A DNA stretch of 64,000 bases from positions 1 to 64,000 of the forward strand of contig JANNQV010000051.1 in NCBI GenBank assembly GCA_031400935.1, in the 5' to 3' direction. The notes below the pieces were generated by a model that worked only from the letters and a program-made list of their open reading frames with translations, was not told the origin of the DNA and made no database searches. The stretch comes from Armatimonadota bacterium (GTDB lineage Bacteria > Armatimonadota > Fimbriimonadia > Fimbriimonadales > Fimbriimonadaceae). Each line of letters opens with the position of its first letter. Position 1 is the stretch's first letter. Both the position numbers and the translations under genes were made by a program. Positions 9,990 through 18,589 of the stretch are shown here, in pieces.

Positions 9990-10415
9990 ATGCCAACAAC
10001 TCCCGTAGACAATGTGAATGGCGCCGATTACTTTGGCGTAAACGCACAACCAAAGAGAAAAGAACTTGACATGCAAGCATTTCTAGGATTGCTTGTAGCT
10101 CAACTTGAAAATCAAAATCCACTCGAGCCTATGAACGACCGAGACTTCTTTGCCCAAATGGCACAACTTGGAACGGTTCAGGGCCTTGACAAAATGCAAA
10201 GGTCAATTGACGTCGCTCAAGCGTCTAGCCTCATGGGCAAGACGGTATCAGGCTTCCGAACAATGACAGAAAACGCAGGCGCCATCAACGAGATGGTGAC
10301 TGGGAAAGTCGAACGACTCAAGGTTCAAAACGGCGAATACGTACTGTCGTTACGAGCTGAGAACGGCGGCTTGGTAGACGTGAAACTGTCTAATGTGAGG
10401 GAAGTAGCGGAGTAA
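9990..10415 (+). CDS. flgD: Flagellar hook capping protein FlgD
   Basis: FLGLLVAQLENQNPLEPMNDRDFFAQMAQL signature; AGGAG RBS. Confidence 0.93.
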   Translation: MPTTPVDNVNGADYFGVNAQPKRKELDMQAFLGLLVAQLENQNPLEPMNDRDFFAQMAQLGTVQGLDKMQRSIDVAQASSLMGKTVSGFRTMTENAGAINEMVTGKVERLKVQNGEYVLSLRAENGGLVDVKLSNVREVAE

Positions 10416-10530
10416 GGGGGACGGGTATAGGGTATGGGGTATTGGAAATTGGGTTTTGGGTTTACACCCTGCACCCCGAACCCTACACCCTACACCCTAC
10501 GCCCTCACCCTCACCCTGCACCCAAAACCC
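10416..10530. repeat. Degenerate heptamer arrays in opposite orientations (GGGTATN then CACCCTA)
   Basis: GGGTATA GGGTATG GGGTATT followed by AACCCTA CACCCTA CACCCTA CGCCCT. Confidence 0.8.
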
Positions 10531-10542
10531 TAGAGTAAGAAA

Positions 10543-10920
10543 ATGGCAGATCCAATCCGAAACAACGCAATAAACGAGCTGATTCAAAATCGGCAAGTCG
10601 TCTCAAACCCGCAAACGCAGGTTCAACGACCAGCCGACAAGGAAGCATTCGCGGCGATTTTGCAAGATCGGCTAAAGGTAAGCGGACATGCTGCCACTCG
10701 CTTGGAAAGCCGAAACATTGCACTTGATGGAGAGCAATGGGAACGGGTCCTTGCAGGCGTCCAAAGGGCGGCCGACAAGGGAGCCAGGGAATCGCTAGTA
10801 ATGATTGACGACGTTGCACTCGTTGTCAGCGTCAAGAATCGCACCGTGATAACAGCTGTTGATCAACAAAACCTCAAGGATCAGGTGTTCACAAACATTG
10901 ATTCGGCGGTCATTGTCTGA
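10543..10920 (+). CDS. Flagellar operon protein (TIGR02530-like)
   Basis: LKVSGHAATRLESRNI, KGARESLV, VVSVKNRTVITAVD, VFTNIDSAVIV; sits between flgD and flgE. Confidence 0.9.
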   Translation: MADPIRNNAINELIQNRQVVSNPQTQVQRPADKEAFAAILQDRLKVSGHAATRLESRNIALDGEQWERVLAGVQRAADKGARESLVMIDDVALVVSVKNRTVITAVDQQNLKDQVFTNIDSAVIV

Positions 10921-10970
10921 TCAACCAACAACTAACAACTAACAACTAACAACCAAATTACTAAACAAGA

Positions 10971-11058
10971 GCCACGAAAAAGCGGGATTGGAGTCGAAAG
11001 CTCCGAGCGTTTGAAGAAAGCCAGAAAGGCAATCTTCTCGTGGCCTGAAAACAGGAGA
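10971..11058 (+). promoter_or_regulatory. Candidate structured 5' leader RNA of flgE
   Basis: GCCACGA/TCGTGGC closing stem, two arms capped by NGAAA loops, and a CCTG-AAAA-CAGG hairpin overlapping the AGGAG RBS. Confidence 0.55.
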
Positions 11059-11066
11059 AAAAAACC

Positions 11067-12332
11067 ATGTTACAGGCACTACTCGCTGGCGTCGCCAGCA
11101 TCAAAGCGCAGCAAACGCGCATGAACGTCATCGGCAATAACCTTGCCAACGTCAACACGACCGCATACAAAGGCGCAAGAGTCATCTTTCAAGACATGCT
11201 TGCCCAAACCATGCGCGGCGCAACTCGACCAAACGGAAGTCTTGGGGGAACGAACTCGATTCAATTTGGATTGGGCGTAACAGTTGCTGGCACGGATGTC
11301 AATAATGAGCAAGGTTCGCTCAATGCAACAAATAGACCCACAGATCTTTCAATTCAAGGAAACGGCTACTTTATGGTCAGCAACAGCGACCGTATTGGCT
11401 ACACACGAGACGGCGCGTTCGACCTTGATGCTAATGGCGATGTGATTCATCGTGCAACTGGCGAGCGACTTGTCGGATGGACTGCGAACTCAGCTACTGG
11501 TCTAATTGATCCTAATTCTGTAGTAGGTCCGGCGTCTTCTTTGAATATCCCACTTGGCTCCCGAACTTCGGTCCAGGTCACGACAAATGCCGTCATGTCC
11601 GGCAATTTGGACAATCGAGAGACGATTACTGGACTCCCATTGCCTCCAACGACAGATCCCGCATGGCGGAACTCAACGTTGAGAGTCTATGACACACTTG
11701 GCCAACAGCACGACGTGACGCTCCACATGATCAAATCTGCGGATAACACGTGGGAGTGGCAGGTTTCGGCTCAAGCTCCTTCGACGGTAAGTGGTTCTGG
11801 AACCCTTGTGTTCGGCGCCAATGGAACTTTGACTTCTGGCTCGCCGGGATCGATCACGGTGACACCGGGATCCGGTGGTGCACCTGCTTTCACCCTTGAT
11901 GTTGATTTCGCGAACATAAGCCAGCTCGCTACGGAGACTCAAGTTCAGACTTCGAGCCAAAACGGATTCCCTCCTGGATCGCTGAATGGCTTCTCCATTG
12001 GTTCTGATGGAACAATTTCAGGCATTTTCTCAAACGGCCTAACCCGCACGCTGGGCAAAATCGCAATGGCGATCTTTCCGAATACGAATGGCCTTGACCG
12101 TGTTGGCGCAAATATGTGGCGCCCAACGGACAATTCTGGCGAGCCCTATATCGGCGAGCCACGAAGTGGCGGTCGCGGCATGATCAGTTCAGGATTCCTC
12201 GAGCAGTCAAATGTTGACATCGGTTCAGAATTTACCGATCTTATCATTACTCAACGTGGTTTCCAAGCGAATACGCGAGTTGTGACGACGGTAGATGAAA
12301 TGCTACAAGAACTCATCAACATGAAGCGATAA
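11067..12332 (+). CDS. flgE: Flagellar hook protein FlgE
   Basis: MNVIGNNLANVNTTAYK, YTRDGAF, FlaE-like VYDTLGQQH, LEQSNVDIGSEFTDLIITQRGFQAN. Confidence 0.96.
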   Translation: MLQALLAGVASIKAQQTRMNVIGNNLANVNTTAYKGARVIFQDMLAQTMRGATRPNGSLGGTNSIQFGLGVTVAGTDVNNEQGSLNATNRPTDLSIQGNGYFMVSNSDRIGYTRDGAFDLDANGDVIHRATGERLVGWTANSATGLIDPNSVVGPASSLNIPLGSRTSVQVTTNAVMSGNLDNRETITGLPLPPTTDPAWRNSTLRVYDTLGQQHDVTLHMIKSADNTWEWQVSAQAPSTVSGSGTLVFGANGTLTSGSPGSITVTPGSGGAPAFTLDVDFANISQLATETQVQTSSQNGFPPGSLNGFSIGSDGTISGIFSNGLTRTLGKIAMAIFPNTNGLDRVGANMWRPTDNSGEPYIGEPRSGGRGMISSGFLEQSNVDIGSEFTDLIITQRGFQANTRVVTTVDEMLQELINMKR

Positions 12333-12376
12333 ACGCTTCACGTTGAGCCAGTCCGCAGAGATTGGTTGAGTCCAAA

Positions 12377-12408
12377 CGGGCCTTGAGTTGTTTCGGGGCC
12401 CGATCTTT
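12377..12408 (+). terminator. Probable terminator after flgE
   Basis: CGGGCCTTGA-GTTGTT-TCGGGGCCCG stem with G-U pairs, then ATCTTT (weak U tract). Confidence 0.5.
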
Positions 12409-12548
12409 AATCTTTGCCTCAATGGAATTGCCATAATTGTGAAATGGACGCTTATGGAAGACTTTCATTGGTAGCTTCTCTTGTTGCCTTGAGTTTGATT
12501 TTGCCGCTTCGAGTACAACCATCAGTCGAAAAAAAGTACTCTCAAGGA

Positions 12549-12929
12549 ATGTTGAGAGAAACCATTACCGCCGAAGGCGCACCGCCTGCAATCGGCCCAT
12601 ATTCCCATGCGGTTCGAGCAGACGGGAAGTTCCTTTTTTGTTCGGGACAGATTCCATTGAAAGCTGACGGAACCTTAGTAACAGGCGACATTAAGTTGCA
12701 AACTAAGCAAGTTTGTGACAACATTCGAGCCGTTTTGAAAGCTGCTGGACTGACTCCTGCTAACATCGTTAAGACGACTATCTTCCTTTCTTCGATGGAT
12801 CATTTCGCGTCAGTGAACGAAGTTTATGGCGGGCTATTTGAATCCAATCCGCCAGCCAGATCTACAGTCGCTGTCGCTGGACTTCCCAAGAATGTGGATG
12901 TGGAAATTGAGGTTATTGCCGTTTACTAG
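12549..12929 (+). CDS. ridA: RidA-family enamine/imine deaminase
   Basis: APPAIGPYSHA, SGQIP, VKTTIFL, PPARSTV (catalytic Arg), VEIE. Confidence 0.93.
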   Translation: MLRETITAEGAPPAIGPYSHAVRADGKFLFCSGQIPLKADGTLVTGDIKLQTKQVCDNIRAVLKAAGLTPANIVKTTIFLSSMDHFASVNEVYGGLFESNPPARSTVAVAGLPKNVDVEIEVIAVY

Positions 12930-12965
12930 GCATTCCGATATCCCAATGACCCAATTACCCCGCCC

Positions 12966-13865
12966 ATGAAACACGTCGTATCAGTTTCCCTCGGTTCTAG
13001 CAAAGGCAACAAATCTGATGAGGTTGAAATCCTCGGCGAGCAGTTCAAGATTGAGCGAATCGGAACTGATGGCGATCTAGACAAATTCGCCCAAATGTTT
13101 GTTGAGCTCGATGGAAAAGTAGACGCCTTCGGAGTGGGTGGCGCAGACATCCTTCTCGTGGTGAAAGACCGGAAATACACGTTCAAACAAATTAAAAAAC
13201 TGGTCTCCGGTGCCAAGAAAACGCCAATTGTTGATGGAAGCGGACTGAAGCACACGCTTGAACGCAAGACGATTTACACGTTGCAGGAATCTGGCAAAGT
13301 TGATTTCAAAGAGGAAAAAGTACTGCTCGTGAGTGCCGTTGACCGTTACGGAATGGCGCAGGCGCTTGATGAGCTTTGCCCCAATGTTGTCTATGGCGAT
13401 TTGATATTTGGAATAGGTCTTCCGATTCCAATTCGCAGCTATAAAGGAGTCGAGATTGTTGGAAAACTCACATTGCCGCTCATCACAAGGCTTCCGTTCA
13501 AATGGTTCTATCCAACGGGGGAAAAGCAAGACGTTCGCACGCCGAAATTTGCCAAGTTCTTCAATGAAGCAACGTTTTTGTGCGGCGATACCCACTTCAT
13601 CAAGCGCTTCGCACCTGACCGATTAGACGGGAAGACAATCCTCACACAGACTGTTCGCAAGCACACCATTGACTGGTTTCGGGAGGCTGGTGTCAAGCGG
13701 TTAATCACCACAACGCCCGTGATTGGAGGCGAGACTTTTGCTACAAATGTGATGGAGGCAGTGATTGTTGCTCTACTCGGAAAATCGCCGGATGAACTGA
13801 CCGAAAAGGATTATTTGGATACATTGGACAGGCTCAACTGGCGGCCGACGGAAATAATTCTTTAA
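12966..13865 (+). CDS. Conserved hypothetical protein, partner of the downstream reductase-like gene
   Basis: 299-aa ORF with VVSVSLGSS, ERIGTDGD, FGVGG, PIVDGSGLK, DRYGMA and TNVMEA; family recognised from memory, function unknown. Confidence 0.6.
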   Translation: MKHVVSVSLGSSKGNKSDEVEILGEQFKIERIGTDGDLDKFAQMFVELDGKVDAFGVGGADILLVVKDRKYTFKQIKKLVSGAKKTPIVDGSGLKHTLERKTIYTLQESGKVDFKEEKVLLVSAVDRYGMAQALDELCPNVVYGDLIFGIGLPIPIRSYKGVEIVGKLTLPLITRLPFKWFYPTGEKQDVRTPKFAKFFNEATFLCGDTHFIKRFAPDRLDGKTILTQTVRKHTIDWFREAGVKRLITTTPVIGGETFATNVMEAVIVALLGKSPDELTEKDYLDTLDRLNWRPTEIIL

Positions 13866-14017
13866 CGGAGTTGTTGGTTGTTGGTTGTTGGTTTAGAACT
13901 GTGTTAGATAGGACGAATTTGTCGTATAAGTCGTATGAGTTCTACGTACCTGCCAACTGCGAACCGCAAACCGCCAACAAACAATTCCCAGGTACCTTTG
14001 AAAACTAGAGGAATCGC

Positions 14018-15115
14018 TTGACCAAATTTGCTTTTGTAATCCACCCGATAGCGGCTCGCGATGCCGCCCACAAGTATTGGTGGGCAAAGGTCCTTCCCGA
14101 ATCGCTTGTTGAGAAAATTCTGCTCAAGAAGAAACCGTCCCTAGTCCGCCATATAACCGGAATCAAGTCGCTAACCGGTGCCGAAACCGAAGGCTGCTTT
14201 GTCGCTTGCCCGATGACAACAAGGCAACTTTCCGACCCAAAGTACGACGAAATGGCTTTGAGTCATTTGATTCGATGTGCTGAAATTGCCAAAGAATTCG
14301 GTGCAGAAATCATGGGGCTTGGAGCGTTTACCGCAATCACGGGCGACGCCGGAATCTCTTTAGCAAAGCACTCGCCGATAGGAATCACAACTGGAAATAG
14401 CTATACTGTCGCGACCGCGATTGAAGGTACTTTGAGGGCTTGCGAACTTCTCGATTTGAACCCAGCAGATGCAACTCTTGCCGTGGTTGGCGCAACGGGT
14501 TCCATTGGCAAAACCTGCGCACAGGTCCTGTCTAAACGATTTGCAAAGACGCTTGTCATCGGGCGCGATTCTGAACGCACTTCGCAATTGGCGGCTACAT
14601 TGAGAAACGCCGAAGCGACAGTGGACCTAACTCGAATTCGAGAAGCTGACGCGGTGATTACAGTCACAAGCAGCGACTCGGCGGTCATCCTGCCAGAACA
14701 TTTGAAGCCCGGCGCAGTGGTTTGCGATGTCAGCCGCCCACGCGACGTTTCGGTTCGGGTTGCTAAAGAACGGCCGGACGTGTTGGTAATCGAAGGTGGC
14801 GTGGTGAGCGTTCCTGGAAATGTTGAGTTTGGAATGGATTTTGGCTTTCCTCCCAAAACGGCTTACGCCTGCATGAGCGAAACCATGATTCTGGCGCTCG
14901 AAAATCGCCCTGAGCACTACACGCTTGGCAAAGATGTGAGCGAGGAGCAGGTGGAAGAGATGCTAGCTCTAGCGAAGAAGCATGGGTTCATGCTGGCTGG
15001 CTTCCGGTCTTTTGAAAAGGCTGTCGGGCAAGATGCGATTGACCGCGCTAAGAATGCCAGAATGGAATCACGTTCTAACCATGTTCCTTCGGCTACTGCG
15101 CTCTCAAGCACATAG
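14018..15115 (+). CDS. Acyl-ACP reductase-like NAD(P)-dependent oxidoreductase (COG5322-type)
   Basis: GLGAFT, TTGNSYT, AVVGATGSIG, GGVV, AYACMSETMILALE and KHGF align with cyanobacterial AAR motifs; TTG start with GAGGA RBS. Confidence 0.78.
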   Translation: MTKFAFVIHPIAARDAAHKYWWAKVLPESLVEKILLKKKPSLVRHITGIKSLTGAETEGCFVACPMTTRQLSDPKYDEMALSHLIRCAEIAKEFGAEIMGLGAFTAITGDAGISLAKHSPIGITTGNSYTVATAIEGTLRACELLDLNPADATLAVVGATGSIGKTCAQVLSKRFAKTLVIGRDSERTSQLAATLRNAEATVDLTRIREADAVITVTSSDSAVILPEHLKPGAVVCDVSRPRDVSVRVAKERPDVLVIEGGVVSVPGNVEFGMDFGFPPKTAYACMSETMILALENRPEHYTLGKDVSEEQVEEMLALAKKHGFMLAGFRSFEKAVGQDAIDRAKNARMESRSNHVPSATALSST

Positions 15116-15180
15116 CACCACAAATTCCTCGCAATTTGCGTAGTCCAATTCATGGTTTGGCTAAGGTATCTGCAAATTAC

Positions 15181-15327
15181 ATGTTTGGATTCCTTCTTAT
15201 TGGATACATTTTGGCTTCGGTTGCATTCTATGTGATTCATGCCTCTCGTGCCGTGCGAATGGACGAAGTGGCAACGTCTGCCGAGATCGTTTTGCTATTT
15301 CCAGAATCTAAGTCCAAAGCGGCGTAA
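15181..15327 (+). CDS. Small single-TM protein (48 aa)
   Basis: MFGFLLIGYILASVAFYVI hydrophobic N-terminus; ends SKAA; fills an intergenic gap. Confidence 0.55.
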   Translation: MFGFLLIGYILASVAFYVIHASRAVRMDEVATSAEIVLLFPESKSKAA

Positions 15328-15478
15328 GCCAGAGCGGAAAAGGAAAGGAGATAAAGGAAAAAGGATCAGCACCGCTCCGGCATTATCCTTTTTCCATTAT
15401 CCATTATCCTCTCGCCATAAATCCATACCTTTCTGTAATGGTGCATCAGGTTTAAGTAGCGGTACGCTGAACCTAACA

Positions 15479-16879
15479 ATGAACCCAGAACCTCCAGTCC
15501 GCACTCGACGCCGATCTTGGGCTGAGCCCTACAAAATCAAGGTCGTCGAACCGCTGACCATGACCACTCGCGAGCAGCGAGAAACCGTTCTAAAGGAAGC
15601 TGGTTACAACACTTTTTTGATACCCAGTAAGTACGTATATTTGGACCTGCTTACCGATTCCGGCACCAGTGCCATGAGCGATTCTCAATGGGCTGGAATG
15701 ATGATGGGCGATGAATCTTATGCTGGCAGCCGAAACTTTGAGCACTTAGAAGACGCCGTCAAAAAACACTACGGCTTCAAATACCTAGTACCAACACACC
15801 AAGGCCGAGGGGCAGAAAACCTGCTTTCCCGATCTTTGATTAAACCTGGCGATTTTGTGCCGGGCAATATGTATTTCACGACCACAAGGCTCCATCAAGA
15901 ACTTGCCGGTGGCACATTTGTTGACGTGATTATTGATGAAGCGCACGATCCATGCTCGATTCATCCATTCAAAGGCAATGTCGATTTGGACAAACTCTCG
16001 CTCCTAATTGATAAGGTTGGAGCTTCAAAAGTGCCGTATCTATGCCTTGCAGGAACGGTGAATATGGCTGGCGGGCAGCCGTTCAGCATGAAGAATCTAC
16101 GCGAGATACGAACGCTATTGCAAAGTCACGAAATTCCGATTTACCTAGATGCTACGCGCCTTATCGAAAACGCCTATTTTATTCAACAGAGGGAAGCAGG
16201 CTATTCGGACAAAAAGGTCGCTGAAATCCTACTTGAAATTTGTTCGCTAACCGATGGCTGCACGATGAGCGCAAAGAAGGATTCGCTTGTGAACATTGGT
16301 GGATTCTTAGCGATGAATGACCCAACTCTGTATGAAGAATGCTGCAATCTGGTCGTAGTTTTTGAAGGGCTGCATACGTATGGCGGCATGACAGGACGAG
16401 ATATGGAGGCGATGGCGATTGGAATCGCTGAGAGCGTCCAAGATGACCACATTCGAGCGCGAATCGGGCAAGTCGAGTACTTAGGAGAACACATGGTTGC
16501 AGAAGGGATCCCGATCGTTCTGCCCATCGGCGGGCACGCCATTTTTCTGGACGCAAAGCGGTTCTATCCTCACTTGCCTCAGAGTTCGTTTCCTGCGCAG
16601 ACTTTGGCGGCTGAGCTTTATCTGGAAAGCGGAATTCGTTCCATGGAACGCGGGATAGCCAGTGCGGGAAGGAATGCGGAATCTGGCGAAAATTACGCAC
16701 CTGAACTTGAGCTAACAAGGCTTACGATTCCACGAAGGGTTTACACTCAAGCGCACATGGATGTGACGCTAGAGTCAGTTTGCGAAGTCTACGACCGCCG
16801 GCATGAGACGAAAGGGCTGCAAATGACTTATGAGCCGAAATATCTGCGCTTTTTCCGAGCAAGGTTTGAGCCTCTTTAG
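15479..16879 (+). CDS. tpl: Tyrosine phenol-lyase
   Basis: DLLTDSGT, PTHQGRGAE, SAKKD (PLP Lys), plus MYFTTT, SMERG and LRFF, which match TPL rather than tryptophanase. Confidence 0.88.
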   Translation: MNPEPPVRTRRRSWAEPYKIKVVEPLTMTTREQRETVLKEAGYNTFLIPSKYVYLDLLTDSGTSAMSDSQWAGMMMGDESYAGSRNFEHLEDAVKKHYGFKYLVPTHQGRGAENLLSRSLIKPGDFVPGNMYFTTTRLHQELAGGTFVDVIIDEAHDPCSIHPFKGNVDLDKLSLLIDKVGASKVPYLCLAGTVNMAGGQPFSMKNLREIRTLLQSHEIPIYLDATRLIENAYFIQQREAGYSDKKVAEILLEICSLTDGCTMSAKKDSLVNIGGFLAMNDPTLYEECCNLVVVFEGLHTYGGMTGRDMEAMAIGIAESVQDDHIRARIGQVEYLGEHMVAEGIPIVLPIGGHAIFLDAKRFYPHLPQSSFPAQTLAAELYLESGIRSMERGIASAGRNAESGENYAPELELTRLTIPRRVYTQAHMDVTLESVCEVYDRRHETKGLQMTYEPKYLRFFRARFEPL

Positions 16880-16910
16880 AGTACTTTTTGCAACGGGCAG
16901 TTTCAAGTAG

Positions 16911-16950
16911 AAAAAGTGCCGCTGACGTTTGGAGGTCCGCGGCACTTCTG
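16911..16950. terminator. Terminator hairpin between convergent tpl and rplL
   Basis: AAGTGCCGC...GCGGCACTT stem with an A5 run on the left (U tract for the minus strand). Confidence 0.7.
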
Positions 16951-16995
16951 ATTTTCATAATTCTCCGTCCAATGCGGAGAACCCTTAGATCAGAC

Positions 16996-17385
16996 TTACT
17001 TGAGTTCGACTTTTCCGCCGACGTCTTCGATAGCCTTCTTGATCTTCTCGGCTTCGTCTTTGTTTACGCCTTGCTTGACCGCATTTGGAGCGCCATCAAC
17101 GAGGTCTTTTGCTTCCTTCAGGCCGAGGCCGGTAAGTTCGCGAACCGTCTTGATGACTTCGAGCTTTCGCTCGCCGCATGAAGTGAGGACGACGTCAAAG
17201 TCTGTCTTCTCTTCGACTGCAGCGGCTCCGCCGCCATCGCCGCCACCCATCATCATGGGCATTCCCATCATAGGTGCTGCGGCTGTTACGCCGAATTTAT
17301 CTTCGAGGGCCGTTTTGAGCTCGCTGAGTTCAAGGCCAGTCATTCCTGCGATCAAATCAACTGTTTTTTCTATAGTAGTTGCCAT
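16996..17385 (-). CDS. rplL: 50S ribosomal protein L7/L12
   Basis: [34 protein letters not shown]. Confidence 0.98.
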   Translation of the reverse strand: MATTIEKTVDLIAGMTGLELSELKTALEDKFGVTAAAPMMGMPMMMGGGDGGGAAAVEEKTDFDVVLTSCGERKLEVIKTVRELTGLGLKEAKDLVDGAPNAVKQGVNKDEAEKIKKAIEDVGGKVELK

Positions 17386-17422
17386 TTTATAGTTTCTCCG
17401 TTATTTCTCAATTCGTTCATTG

Positions 17423-17470
17423 GCGGAATGAATTCCGCGGACCGGGGTGCGGAATGAATTCCGCGCTCCA
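17423..17470. repeat. Two copies of REP-like palindrome GCGGAATGAATTCCGC
   Basis: Copies at 17423-17438 and 17449-17464; a third near-identical copy at 18275-18296. Confidence 0.8.
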
Positions 17471-18253
17471 CTAGTCAGTTGGTGCTTCGTCGGTGGCTGC
17501 CTCTTCGGCTGCCGGGGTCTCTTCAAGGACTGGTTCTGATGCTTCTTCTTTTGTAACAGTCGGTTCTTCCGTTGCCGGGGCATCTTCAGAAGCTACCGCC
17601 TCGTCGCTTGGAGCCGATTCTGCTTCTGCTTCAACTGGCGCTGCTTCTGAGGTTTCAGAAGTTTCGACAACTGTTTCCGTTTCGGCTGCTTGTGCAGGCG
17701 CCTCGACAACCGCAGGAGCAGCCGCGACCGGCGCACCTTCGTTTGCCTTGTCGGCAACTGCGAAGATCGTTCGAATCGGAGTTGCATAGATGGATTCAAT
17801 TGTCCCAACAAGTTGGGTAATTGGAGCCACGATGGTACCGATAACTTGGGCGATGAGAACATCCTTCGGTGGAAGTTTGCTAATTTTCACAACGCCAGTT
17901 GCATCAAAAACCTTTCCGCCAAAGAGCCCGCCTTTAATGGTGAGTTTCTTGGAACTTGTCGCAAAGTCAGCGATAACCTTCGATCCTTCCGATTCGTTTT
18001 CGAATAGGAAGGCAACGGCTGTTGTGCCGTTGTGGTATTCAGCAGGAATCTTTTCAATATCGTCGCCAGCGGCTCGTCGGAAAAGGGTGTTTTTTACAAC
18101 ATGGATTTCTCCGCCTTTCGCTCGAAGCTGCTTGCGCAGATTCTGAAATTCCTTGACTGTCAGTCCTCGGTAATCGGTAAAAACGATTCCCTGAGACCTT
18201 GAATACCATTCTTCAGCTTGATCTATGACTTGCGCCTTGTGTGGTGTAGGCAT
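17471..18253 (-). CDS. rplJ: 50S ribosomal protein L10 with acidic C-terminal extension
   Basis: DYRGLTV, VVKNTLFRRA, KGGLFGG, SKLPPK; directly upstream of rplL. Confidence 0.96.
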   Translation of the reverse strand: MPTPHKAQVIDQAEEWYSRSQGIVFTDYRGLTVKEFQNLRKQLRAKGGEIHVVKNTLFRRAAGDDIEKIPAEYHNGTTAVAFLFENESEGSKVIADFATSSKKLTIKGGLFGGKVFDATGVVKISKLPPKDVLIAQVIGTIVAPITQLVGTIESIYATPIRTIFAVADKANEGAPVAAAPAVVEAPAQAAETETVVETSETSEAAPVEAEAESAPSDEAVASEDAPATEEPTVTKEEASEPVLEETPAAEEAATDEAPTD

Positions 18254-18381
18254 AATTTTTTACTCTTGTCATTTGCGGAATAGATTCCGCGCTCCATTCT
18301 GGGCTTGAGCTCCTTTGAAGCATTCGCTCCTTGGAAGCCTGCGCTCAGTTTCCAAATCTTGAAAGTAGTTCTTGAAAAATG

Positions 18382-18419
18382 AAAAAATCGAACCGTGCCT
18401 TAGGGCAGCGATTCGATTG
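18382..18419 (-). terminator. Attenuator-type terminator in the rplJ leader
   Basis: Minus strand AATCGAATCG-CTGCC-CTAA-GGCA-CGGTTCGATT followed by TTTT. Confidence 0.65.
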
Positions 18420-18460
18420 GTAGGACAGGATTTATCCTGTTTCAAAATCGTATTTAACTG

Positions 18461-18517
18461 CAACCTCGGCAGGTGGGATCTCCCATTAAAGCGCAAACGC
18501 TACCGGCTGTCTCTGGA
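18461..18517 (-). ncRNA. Ribosomal protein L10 leader (autoregulatory element)
   Basis: Minus strand CCAGAGACAGCCGGT...TTAAT...CCTGCCGAGGTT matches the AGACAG...UUAAU...CCUGCCGAGG pattern; lies between the promoter and rplJ. Confidence 0.8.
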
Positions 18518-18527
18518 TGTAATGGCT

Positions 18528-18556
18528 ATTATGGCAGATTTCGTAGAATCCGTCAA
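18528..18556 (-). promoter_or_regulatory. Sigma70-type promoter of rplJL
   Basis: TTGACG-N17-CATAAT just upstream of the L10 leader. Confidence 0.75.
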
Positions 18557-18589
18557 CTGTCTGAGTTTTTGGAAGTTAGACTAATAACT

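Noticed and set aside
14018..15115. Shikimate dehydrogenase (aroE) call
   Set aside because: No SxSP, NVTxPxK or NTD motifs; the motif set matches AAR-like reductases.
15239..15478. Long N-terminal extensions in the ORF track (tpl; also ridA, flgD, gpmA, 31789, 35252, 38063, 54420)
   Set aside because: They run through intergenic repeats or neighbouring genes; downstream starts fit the family N-termini and RBS or -10 positions.
15479..16879. Tryptophanase call
   Set aside because: FTTT, SMERG and LRFF residues match tyrosine phenol-lyase.
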